A stretch of 64,000 bases of DNA, taken from positions 135,346-199,345 of the forward strand of contig JADZAS010000023.1 in NCBI GenBank assembly GCA_020852515.1. Reading direction: 5' to 3'. The notes below the pieces were generated by a model, which did not search any database, was not told where the DNA came from, and saw only the letters and a list, made by a program, of their open reading frames with translations. This DNA is from Phycisphaerales bacterium. GTDB lineage: Bacteria; Planctomycetota; Phycisphaerae; Phycisphaerales; UBA5793. Each line of letters begins with the position of its first letter. The first letter of the stretch is position 1. Made by a program: the position numbers and the translations under genes. Shown here in pieces: positions 7,305 to 15,645 of the stretch.

Positions 7305-10115
7305 ATGCGCCGCTTTCTGTTGCGAAACCTCCTCTTCCCCGCCCTGCTCGGCGGTTTGCTGGGCCCGCTGGCGCCCGCGTGCCCGGCTCAGACGCAGGAG
7401 GCAGGCGGCGTTGGACCTGGTGACCTCTTCGAGGATCTGACCTCGCGCGTGGTGCAAACCTTTGACTTCGATGAACCCGAGACCGCCGACCCGGTGCCGC
7501 TGTACTGGGTGCGCATCGCCGACAAGGGCTTCCCGCACTGGAACGATGCCGCGTTCTTTCCGGATACGCCGGCAGGTGATGGCGAGGATCGCTGCATCCG
7601 CATCCCGACCATCGGCGGCAATGCCGGACTGCGCCTGGTCGCCGGCGTGGTGCCGATCATCCCTGAGATCGACTACCACCTACGCATTCGGGTCCGCACC
7701 GAGGGCCTGCGTCGCTCGCGGGCCCGCGTCGTCGCGTACTTTGCCGACGAAGACGGGCGGCGCATTGAGCCGTCGTTATCCGCTTCGCCCCTGCTGGAAA
7801 CGGATGGGCAGTGGCGCGACGCCGAAGTGGTCTTGCGCGGCCTATCGCCCGGAATGATGTGGCGCGACGCCGACGGCAACCGGACCGCCTCGCCGGCGTG
7901 GCTGCAGGTTGAACTGCTCATCGAGCAGCCGGCGACGTGGAACACCGACCCGGACACCCGCCCCCGGGTGCTGCTGGAAGACGTGGTCGGCGCCGCCGCG
8001 TACTTTGACGATCTCACGATCTGGCGCGTTCCGCGGATTGAACTGTCATCGACAGCGCCCCACAACCTGATGGTGGCGCCCGACGCGCCGACACTCTACC
8101 TTCGCGCGCAGGACGTGGCCGCGGCTTCGCTGCAGTCCACCATGCGCATCTACGACTTTCGCGGCGATCTCGTTGACGAGCGCGAACTGAGCCTCAGCAA
8201 CGACTGGCAGCCGGTCCTCTACCGACCGAACCTGCCGGGCTATGGCTGGTATCGCGCGATCGCCAACGTGACCGAAAGCGGCGCAGCAGTGTCGCGCACG
8301 TGGCTGGATTTTGCATGGATGCCTCGCGTGGCCGGGTCGGTTGGGCCGCTGCACTTCCGCGGATTCAGCGTGGTCGGAGACGATCTGCCGCTCGAGCAGT
8401 GGCCGCACGTTCCTGAACTGATGGCCGGGCTCGGCGCCGATTCCATCTCATTGCCGATGTGGTCGAATGATCTGACGCGCAGCCGCATCCAGGCGCACCG
8501 CACCGCGCTGAGTCCGACGGTCAATCGTCTCAACGGCTCGGCGCGCGGCGTGCGTTTCGTCGTCACGGCTCTGCCCGATGAACTTTCCGCACAGGAGCAC
8601 GCGAACTCATCGCTGGTCTACGAGACCTTCGGCGCCGGCACCGACGAGGTGTGGCGATACCTCGAGGACTTCCTCGTTTCGTTCGGGCAAGTGGTGGGAC
8701 AGTGGCAGTTTGCTCCGACGGAGAGTCTCGGCGCCGGACGAGTGGATCAGCACCCGCAACGGCTCGAAGCAATTCTCCGGCGCCTGTTCGCTCTTGTGCC
8801 CTCGCCGCAGCTCGTCGTTCCCTGGACCGCCGAACAGCCGGCCGCGGCGGCGCTCATCGCCGACACAGCGGCCGACGCCATCAGTGCGCTCCCGGCAGGC
8901 GGCCGGCGATCGCTGAGCACGCCGCCGGTCCGCTTTGCGACCATCCTTCCCAATGAAGTGTCGCCCGACGTGATCGGCGAGTACCTGGCGCCATGGGTCG
9001 ATCGCGAGCTGGCCTGCACCGTCGTCATCGAACCGGCCGACGCAGAATTGTTCGGCCTCGAGCACCAGGTCGGCGACCTGGTTCGCCGCACGGTGATGGC
9101 ATGGGAAGCCGGCGCTACGGACGTGGCCATCAGGCATCCCTGGGACATGCAGCCGCTTCAGCCCGACCGGGCCATGCCCGGCGCGCTCTACCCGGTGTGG
9201 CGCACGCTGGCGGCTCACCTGAGCGGCCGCATGGAGCACGCGCGGCTCGATCTCGGCAACGACGTGACTGCAGTCGTCTTTCGCGACGCGCAGGGAAACG
9301 GCACGATCGCGGTCTGGCACGATTCACCCGACAGCGAAGTGGTGCGCGCTTCGATCTTTCTCGGCAACCATTCGATCAGCATGTGCGATGCATTCGGCAA
9401 CACCGAGCAGGTGCCTGTGGTCGGAGGCGTGCACGAGATCCGAATCACGCGCCAGCCTCAGTTCGTTGATAACGCCGTGATCAACCTTGCGCTGCTGCGG
9501 TCGGGCTTTCGCGTGACGCCTCGTTGGATCGAGGGCGCTGCTGCAGTGCACATGCACGAGATGGTGCTGACGAATCCATGGAAGACGAGCATCGCGGGCA
9601 CGCTGCGCATCATCGAACCGGCGGACTGGGATATTCGCCAGCGCGTGCGGCAGATCTCGATGGGCGCCGGCGAGGAGATCCGGCTGCCGCTCATCTTCAC
9701 CTATCCAGCCTACGAAACCGGCGGGCCCAAGCGCATCGTGGTCGATCTCGCCCTTCAGAACATCTCCACCAACGCGGTCCGCATGGAGTCGATCGTCGAA
9801 CTCGGCTTCCAGAAGATCGCTCTTATGCCGCACTACGAGTACGTGATCAACCCGGAAGGCAACGAAGAACTGGTCGTCACGCTCGAGATTTCGAATAACT
9901 CCGATGCGCCGGCATGGCTCTCGGCCATGGTCCTGGCGGAAGGCTACGGCCGGCTCGAACTCGACGTGGCGCAGCTGAAACCGGGCGAGACGACCGTGCG
10001 CGTGTTCCGCCTGACCGACCCCGCCACGCGCCTGCTCAATACCCAGATCCGCGTCGGGCTGCGGGAGCGCGGCGGATCGGGTCGCTTCAACCTGCTCGTG
10101 AATGCGACGCGGTGA
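7305..10115 (+). CDS. Large secreted hypothetical protein (jelly-roll/CBM-like N-domain plus beta-sandwich C-domains by eye)
   Basis: ORF 7212..10115 is trimmed to MRRFLLRNLLFPALLGGLLGPLAPACPAQ, a signal peptide. The product is 936 aa and I recognise no catalytic motif. Confidence 0.6.
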   Translation: MRRFLLRNLLFPALLGGLLGPLAPACPAQTQEAGGVGPGDLFEDLTSRVVQTFDFDEPETADPVPLYWVRIADKGFPHWNDAAFFPDTPAGDGEDRCIRIPTIGGNAGLRLVAGVVPIIPEIDYHLRIRVRTEGLRRSRARVVAYFADEDGRRIEPSLSASPLLETDGQWRDAEVVLRGLSPGMMWRDADGNRTASPAWLQVELLIEQPATWNTDPDTRPRVLLEDVVGAAAYFDDLTIWRVPRIELSSTAPHNLMVAPDAPTLYLRAQDVAAASLQSTMRIYDFRGDLVDERELSLSNDWQPVLYRPNLPGYGWYRAIANVTESGAAVSRTWLDFAWMPRVAGSVGPLHFRGFSVVGDDLPLEQWPHVPELMAGLGADSISLPMWSNDLTRSRIQAHRTALSPTVNRLNGSARGVRFVVTALPDELSAQEHANSSLVYETFGAGTDEVWRYLEDFLVSFGQVVGQWQFAPTESLGAGRVDQHPQRLEAILRRLFALVPSPQLVVPWTAEQPAAAALIADTAADAISALPAGGRRSLSTPPVRFATILPNEVSPDVIGEYLAPWVDRELACTVVIEPADAELFGLEHQVGDLVRRTVMAWEAGATDVAIRHPWDMQPLQPDRAMPGALYPVWRTLAAHLSGRMEHARLDLGNDVTAVVFRDAQGNGTIAVWHDSPDSEVVRASIFLGNHSISMCDAFGNTEQVPVVGGVHEIRITRQPQFVDNAVINLALLRSGFRVTPRWIEGAAAVHMHEMVLTNPWKTSIAGTLRIIEPADWDIRQRVRQISMGAGEEIRLPLIFTYPAYETGGPKRIVVDLALQNISTNAVRMESIVELGFQKIALMPHYEYVINPEGNEELVVTLEISNNSDAPAWLSAMVLAEGYGRLELDVAQLKPGETTVRVFRLTDPATRLLNTQIRVGLRERGGSGRFNLLVNATR

Positions 10116-10117
10116 AC

Positions 10118-11017
10118 TCAGGATCCCGCGCTATGCTCCGTCGCGGCGATCAACTCGCGCAGGTAATCTCGGATTCCGTCATGGCCTCTGTCGAGTCGCA
10201 CTCCCAGTGATCGGGCCGCGTCCTTCGTAAAGGTGTTCTTCGGCTCGGCGGGGCTCGATGCATCCACCGTCGCCTCGATGCCAAGCAGGTCGGCGGCGAT
10301 GAGCGCCCAGTCGGCCCAGCGGGCGTAGCAGTCCACGAGGTTGTACGCTTTGCCCGCCGCGTCAGGATTGCCCACGCACGCAACCGTGGCGGCGGCGACG
10401 TCATCGACGTGCACGAACTTCCCGCCTCCGGGCTTGTCCACGGATTGGCCGCGGCGGAGTCGTCGGAGCATGCCGATGCCGTAGGTCCGTTCGAGATTTG
10501 GATCGAGACCGTACACGCCGCACGGCCGCAGCGCGCACGTGTGCTGACCAGCACTGAAGTGAGCCGCCCACAGGTGCGCCTCCACGGCCGCCTTGTACGC
10601 GCCGTACCACGAGCCGGGTCGGAGCGGGTGATCTTCATCGATGACGCCGCCCCAGCGCGGCCGCATGTCGTGGTGCACGGCGATGGTGCTGATGAAGATG
10701 AACTGCCGCGGTGCGCTCCATTGCAGCAGCCGGATCGAGCCGAGCAGGTTGCGCTCGAGATGCGCGTCGAGGTCGCTGCTCTTGAGCGGTGCCCAGTCCA
10801 CGCCGCAGTGGACCACGCAGTCGGCGCCATGGAGCAGATCCGCCCACGCTTTCTTGTCTGCCAGATCGCCCTCGACGAACCGATCGATCTGCGGCTCAAT
10901 GTGATCGCGCCGACTGCTCGCGCGAACCAGTGCTGCGCAGGTGTGCCCCGCGGTATGAAGATCGCGCGCGATCGCTGAGCCGATGAATCCCGAAGCGCCG
11001 GTGAGTGCGACGTGCAT
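10118..11017 (-). CDS. NAD(P)-dependent epimerase/dehydratase (extended SDR)
   Basis: It has an N-terminal TGASGFIGSAIARDL Rossmann motif and a YGAYK catalytic motif. Confidence 0.85.
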   Translation of the reverse strand: MHVALTGASGFIGSAIARDLHTAGHTCAALVRASSRRDHIEPQIDRFVEGDLADKKAWADLLHGADCVVHCGVDWAPLKSSDLDAHLERNLLGSIRLLQWSAPRQFIFISTIAVHHDMRPRWGGVIDEDHPLRPGSWYGAYKAAVEAHLWAAHFSAGQHTCALRPCGVYGLDPNLERTYGIGMLRRLRRGQSVDKPGGGKFVHVDDVAAATVACVGNPDAAGKAYNLVDCYARWADWALIAADLLGIEATVDASSPAEPKNTFTKDAARSLGVRLDRGHDGIRDYLRELIAATEHSAGS

Positions 11018-11085
11018 GGCGAGCCTCCCGGCGAGATGATACCGGCCACGGCCGGGCAGCGCCGCGACGTCACACCGGCGGGAGC

Positions 11086-12459
11086 CTACTGCTCGTCGAT
11101 GGGCAGCACATCACTTGCCTGCCCACGGCCGTACGCTTTGATGCGCGGCACGACGACGTCCATGATGATGATCTTGCCGCATGCGGCGACGGGGATGGCC
11201 AGCAGCATGCCGTAGACGCCCGCGACCACGCCGCCGGCGAGAACGACGACGAGCACGGACACCGGGCCGAGATTTGTTGCCTTTCCGGAAATCACCGGCG
11301 TGAGGACGTAGCCCTCGACCAGTTGCACCACGGTGAACACGACCGACGGCCAAAGGATGATCGCCCACCACGCCATCTGCTCGCCGCCTTGCCCGTCAGC
11401 CTGCGACATCCACAGCAATCCGATGGCCAGGGGCAGTCCGATGCCGCCGAGATACGGCACCATGCTCAGAATGCCCGTCAGTATGCCCAGCACCAGCCAG
11501 TAGGGCACGCCGCACGCCCACCAGCCCGCCGCCAGCAGCACTCCCATGATGGCCGAGATGACAACCCGGCCGCGGACGAATCCGCTCACGGCGAGGTCCA
11601 TCTTGTGGAGCATGTCATAAATCTTGCGCGAGTGCTCAACGGGAAACAGCTCGACAACCCCATCGCGCAACTTCGGCCAGCCCGTCGAGAACGCGTAGAA
11701 GTAGAAAGGAATGAGGAAGAGCGTGAAGGCGATGTAGATTGTCGAGCCTATAAACGCGAAAATCATCGAGACGGCATCACCAGTCGTCCGCACCGTGGCC
11801 TGGAAGACGGCGCCGAGGTTCGCGTGCAACCAGTCGCGGATGTTCGCCGCGATCTCGCGCGATTGGCTCGCGTCCGACTGCGGCGGCGACTGCGCTTCTG
11901 CTGCCGTTGAATCCGCCGGCGGGGCTTGTTCAGTGGCGCCCTGCTCCGGGTCCGCCGCAACCTCTGAAGGGCTGGCCTGGTCATCCGGAAGTGCTGCATC
12001 GTCGCCCTGGGCCGGTCCGAAGAGGCTGCCCAAGCCGTCCATCAGCGCCTCGCCGACGGGCTCGGGCAGCCGCTCATCCACGTACTGGATCGCCTCCGCC
12101 ACGGAGTCAGGCAGCCTGCGCAGCAGGTCGATTGTCTGAACCAGCGACAGCGCGAAACCCACGAGCGCCAGTGCAAACAGCACGCCCACGGCCCCGACGA
12201 GGCTCCCGGCCACGACCGGCCGCGACACGTTGAAGCGCCGCGTGACGCGAATGATGATCGGCTCGAAGAGGTAGGCCAGAGCGAGCGCGATCAGCAGCGG
12301 CACCGTGACGCTGCGCAGCCAGTAGCCGCACAGGATCAGAAAGATCGCCAGCGCGATGACGGCGATATCGCGCACCGACTGAATCTGCCAGAGGTGCAGG
12401 TGGCGCGGGTCTTCCGGCTGGAACTTCGGCTGCAACTGGCCCTGAGTTGGCTCATCCAT
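11086..12459 (-). CDS. AI-2E family transporter (PerM/YhhT-like) with acidic low-complexity insertion
   Basis: It is multi-TM with AI-2E-like segments (LLIALALAYLFEPII, GFVRGRVVISAIMGVLLAAGW, ILSMVPYLGG, VLAGGVVAGVYGMLLAIPV). ORF 11086..12522 is trimmed to MDEPTQGQ. Confidence 0.75.
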   Translation of the reverse strand: MDEPTQGQLQPKFQPEDPRHLHLWQIQSVRDIAVIALAIFLILCGYWLRSVTVPLLIALALAYLFEPIIIRVTRRFNVSRPVVAGSLVGAVGVLFALALVGFALSLVQTIDLLRRLPDSVAEAIQYVDERLPEPVGEALMDGLGSLFGPAQGDDAALPDDQASPSEVAADPEQGATEQAPPADSTAAEAQSPPQSDASQSREIAANIRDWLHANLGAVFQATVRTTGDAVSMIFAFIGSTIYIAFTLFLIPFYFYAFSTGWPKLRDGVVELFPVEHSRKIYDMLHKMDLAVSGFVRGRVVISAIMGVLLAAGWWACGVPYWLVLGILTGILSMVPYLGGIGLPLAIGLLWMSQADGQGGEQMAWWAIILWPSVVFTVVQLVEGYVLTPVISGKATNLGPVSVLVVVLAGGVVAGVYGMLLAIPVAACGKIIIMDVVVPRIKAYGRGQASDVLPIDEQ

Positions 12460-12557
12460 GGTTGGTGCAGGATACCGATCCGATGGACGGCGACAAGTCC
12501 GCCGGAAGCCCGGGGCGGACACGCCAGAGCCGAGAATGCGGCCGATTCAGTCGCGGA

Positions 12558-12992
12558 TCAATTGCGGATCAGCGAGTCGAGCACCTGCGCCTGATCGAAG
12601 GCCTCGTCGAACGAGTAGACGGCGGCGAAGTCTTCGATGCGATCATCATCGCTGCACGACAACTGGCCAGACTCGATCAGGCTGTAGACGATGCGGCCGA
12701 AGTCGTCGGTGCGGTGGATGTTCCAGTGTTCGAGGACCGAGCGCGCGAGCAGGCCATACTTGGTGATCGCATACTCGCGCAGGCCGTGACAGAGTTGCTG
12801 GCCGCTGATGTGCCGCGTGCCCGCCTCCTGTTTCTTCCCGCCGCCGTGCATCTTGCCGACGGTGAAGCCGAGCGCTTCCTGAACGAAGAGGTAGGCGCTG
12901 CGCGGATACGGATTGACGGCCGGGAGTGAGGGCGAAACTCTGACCTGCTGCTGCTCTTGCGTCACTTGTGTGCTCCAGTCGAATCGCGGCAC
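12558..12992 (-). CDS. Small conserved hypothetical protein (resembles a PVC-superphylum family, Minf_1886-like, from memory only)
   Basis: The 144-aa ORF has good codon bias and contains YLFVQEALGFTV...HISGQQLCHGLREYAITKYGLLARSVLEHWNI. Confidence 0.55.
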   Translation of the reverse strand: MPRFDWSTQVTQEQQQVRVSPSLPAVNPYPRSAYLFVQEALGFTVGKMHGGGKKQEAGTRHISGQQLCHGLREYAITKYGLLARSVLEHWNIHRTDDFGRIVYSLIESGQLSCSDDDRIEDFAAVYSFDEAFDQAQVLDSLIRN

Positions 12993-13272
12993 GCGTTGGA
13001 CGAGCCTGTCGGTGCGATTATAGTCGGCGGCATCAGGTGCGTGCCGATGCCAGCCTCATGATTCTGCTCAACCAGATTCGACCAGCGATTTCTTCCCGCC
13101 GGATTTCCGCTTCCGACACTTTCTCTCCGCTCGGCAGCCAACCCGCAGCCGGGGATCGAATCGCAACCGGCTGCGAAAGACTTGCGGCGGACGGCTAGAC
13201 AGAGAAGTAGCGGAGACCCAAGGCGCGCCTATCGGACGCTCGGGCGCGCCGCAGGCCGACCAACCCGGCTGT

Positions 13273-14361
13273 TCAGGCGACTTCGAGATACGCCGCCAGA
13301 AGGTTGCGAGCCGCTTGGAGATCGATCCGGTGCACCATCTCCGTCACGGTGTGGATGTAGCGCGTGCCGACGGAAATCGTGATGGCCCGGGCGCCCGAGC
13401 CGGCTCGCTGGAGCGCTGCGGTGTCGGTGCCGCCCCGGCCGAGGATCGAACGCTGGTGCGGAATGTGGTGCTTGCGCGCAATCTGCTCGAATTCGTTGAC
13501 GAGCGAGTGGGCCGAGATGACCGAACCATCCATGACCGTGATCGCCACGCCATCGCCCTGCTTGGTGACCCGGTCCGTCTCACACACGCCAGGCGTATCG
13601 CAGCAGAGCGTCGTGTCGATGCCGACGCCAACGTCGGGCTTAACGGTGTAGGCGCTGGTCATGGCGCCGCGCAGGCCGACTTCCTCCTGCACCGTGAAAA
13701 CGCAGTGGATTTCGCACGCATGCCCGGCTGACTTCGACGCCCCCGACCTGCCCTTGGCCTTTCCGCCCCCGGCCACCTGCCGCACGGCTTCGATTCCCAG
13801 CCAGCAGGCAACGCGGTTGTCCATGGCTTTGCTCACCAGCGTGTCGCCGATCTCCGCAAAGGGTTCATGAAGCACGACCATGTCGCCGATGCGGATTCTC
13901 TTCTTCACCGCGTCGGGCTTCATACCCAGATCGACGTAGAACTCCGTAACCTCCGGGATCTTCTTGCGGTCTTCAGGCGAGGAGATGTGGATCGGCTTGC
14001 CGCCGGGGTTGAGCACGCCGACGAGGTCGCCATCTTCAGCGCAGATAAGCACGCGCCGCGAAAAGAGATTGCGCGGATCAAAGCCGCCGGCGGGATTCAG
14101 CCACACGAACCCCTTGTCATCGATGTGCCGCACGTAGAAGCCGATCTCGTCCATGTGGCAGGCGAGCATGACCCGCAGCGACGACTGGCCCTTGGCCGCC
14201 GGGCGCGTCGGCTTGCGGACGCAGATGAGCGATCCCATCGGGTCGGTCCGCACCTCGTCGAAGAGCCCCTTGACCTCGCTTTCGATGAGAGCACGGACGC
14301 GTTCTTCACGACCGGGAACTCCGGGAGTTTCGCACAGCCTCTTGAGCAGATCGACATTCAT
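13273..14361 (-). CDS. M42 family metallopeptidase (glutamyl aminopeptidase / FrvX-like)
   Basis: Starting from Met at 14361 the product reads MNVDLLKRLCETPGVPGREERVRALIESEV..., with MDEIGF, VQEEVGLRGA and GGTDTAALQ motifs. The longer ORF up to 14946 overlaps the opposite-strand gene and is rejected. Confidence 0.85.
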   Translation of the reverse strand: MNVDLLKRLCETPGVPGREERVRALIESEVKGLFDEVRTDPMGSLICVRKPTRPAAKGQSSLRVMLACHMDEIGFYVRHIDDKGFVWLNPAGGFDPRNLFSRRVLICAEDGDLVGVLNPGGKPIHISSPEDRKKIPEVTEFYVDLGMKPDAVKKRIRIGDMVVLHEPFAEIGDTLVSKAMDNRVACWLGIEAVRQVAGGGKAKGRSGASKSAGHACEIHCVFTVQEEVGLRGAMTSAYTVKPDVGVGIDTTLCCDTPGVCETDRVTKQGDGVAITVMDGSVISAHSLVNEFEQIARKHHIPHQRSILGRGGTDTAALQRAGSGARAITISVGTRYIHTVTEMVHRIDLQAARNLLAAYLEVA

Positions 14362-14466
14362 CGAGTTTCTCGCAGCCGAAGGACTTATGATTGCACACGG
14401 AGCGGTCCGGTCGCTCCGACGAGTTGACGAGCATAACCCTTCCGCGCCGGGAGGCAAGGCGAGGCG

Positions 14467-15639
14467 ATGGCGACCATCAGTCCACTGCGCAATCTCCAGG
14501 AACAGGCCGAGGCCGAATTCATGGTCCACGGCCGCCGCGATCCAGGCTCGGCTGCCGATGTCGCCGCCGAAGGCATCGAGATCGTCTCCACCTACGGCGA
14601 AGTCGAAGCGGAGTACGCCTCGCTGCGGCGATCGGCGGCGCTGATGGACCTGCCCCAACTGGGCATTCTCCGCGTCACCGGCGCCGACCGCGTCGATTTC
14701 CTCAACCGCATGCTCACCAATGAACTCAAGGGACTTGCGGCAGGGCAGGTCGTGCACGCCTTCTGGCTCAATCGCAAGGGGCGCATCGAAGCGGATCTCA
14801 GCGTGATCGAACTCGGCGACGAGATGCTGCTCATCGTGGACGCCACGCTGGCCCAGCGCACGGCCGACTCGCTCAGCGGATTTCTCTTCAGCGAAGATGT
14901 GGCGATTGAAAACCTCACAGGGGGGCGGCACGTCCTGAGCCTGCACGGCCCGCGCGCCATTGAGTTCCTGCGTTCAGTCGTGGAAGAGCCGCAGGCGGCC
15001 AGCCTGAGCGATCTCACGCCCGGCCGGGCCATGCGGTGCACCGTCCACGGCCACCCGGTCGTCGTTTATCGCAGCGACCAGATTCGTGAAGTTGGGCTCC
15101 ATCTCATCTGCCCGGTCGACGAAGTCGTTGCCGTGCACGAGCAACTGCTCGAAATCGGCCTGGGCCAGGGGCTGCGCTCGATCGGCTGGTACGCCTTCAA
15201 CATCGCGAGAATCGAAGGCGGCTGCCCGATGCACCTGATCGACTTCGGCCTCGACTCGCTGCCGCACGAGACGGGCATTCTCCGGCAGCGCGTGTCGTTC
15301 ACGAAAGGCTGCTACCTCGGTCAGGAGGTGGTCGCGCGCATGGAGAGCCTCGGGCACCCGTCAAAGGTGCTCGTCGGCCTCAAGATCGAAGGCGAACACA
15401 TGCCCGTCACAGGTTCGCAGGTCTTCGAGCCCGCCGACCAGATCGCCGAAGTCGTCGGCGCCGTCACCAGCGCCACGCCCAGCCCGATGCTCGGGCGCAC
15501 CATCATCGCCTTTGCGATGGTCAAGCACTCCAAAACCGGACTCGGAACGGAAGTGATCGTGAGCGCCGAGGGTCAGCGGGCCCGGGCGGTTGTGCACGAT
15601 CTGAAGTTCTGGCCGCGCGAGACGCCGCGCGAATCGTAG
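14467..15639 (+). CDS. GcvT-family folate-binding protein (aminomethyltransferase / YgfZ-like)
   Basis: The product contains LRRSAALMDLPQLGILRVTGADRVDFLNRMLTNEL and KGCYLGQEVVARM, which are characteristic of the GcvT/YgfZ fold. Confidence 0.8.
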   Translation: MATISPLRNLQEQAEAEFMVHGRRDPGSAADVAAEGIEIVSTYGEVEAEYASLRRSAALMDLPQLGILRVTGADRVDFLNRMLTNELKGLAAGQVVHAFWLNRKGRIEADLSVIELGDEMLLIVDATLAQRTADSLSGFLFSEDVAIENLTGGRHVLSLHGPRAIEFLRSVVEEPQAASLSDLTPGRAMRCTVHGHPVVVYRSDQIREVGLHLICPVDEVVAVHEQLLEIGLGQGLRSIGWYAFNIARIEGGCPMHLIDFGLDSLPHETGILRQRVSFTKGCYLGQEVVARMESLGHPSKVLVGLKIEGEHMPVTGSQVFEPADQIAEVVGAVTSATPSPMLGRTIIAFAMVKHSKTGLGTEVIVSAEGQRARAVVHDLKFWPRETPRES

Positions 15640-15645
15640 CGGCGG

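Noticed and set aside
13222-13250. A GGCGCGCC ... GGCGCGCC hairpin downstream of the M42 peptidase gene, considered as a terminator.
   Set aside because: It has an 8-bp stem with a 13-nt loop and no following U-tract on the minus strand. That is too weak to call.
14362-14946. A 195-aa N-terminal extension of the M42 peptidase ORF (13273..14946).
   Set aside because: The extension has junk-like composition and overlaps the well-supported GcvT-like gene on the opposite strand. The canonical M42 N-terminus (MNVDLLKRL...) starts at the Met at 14361.
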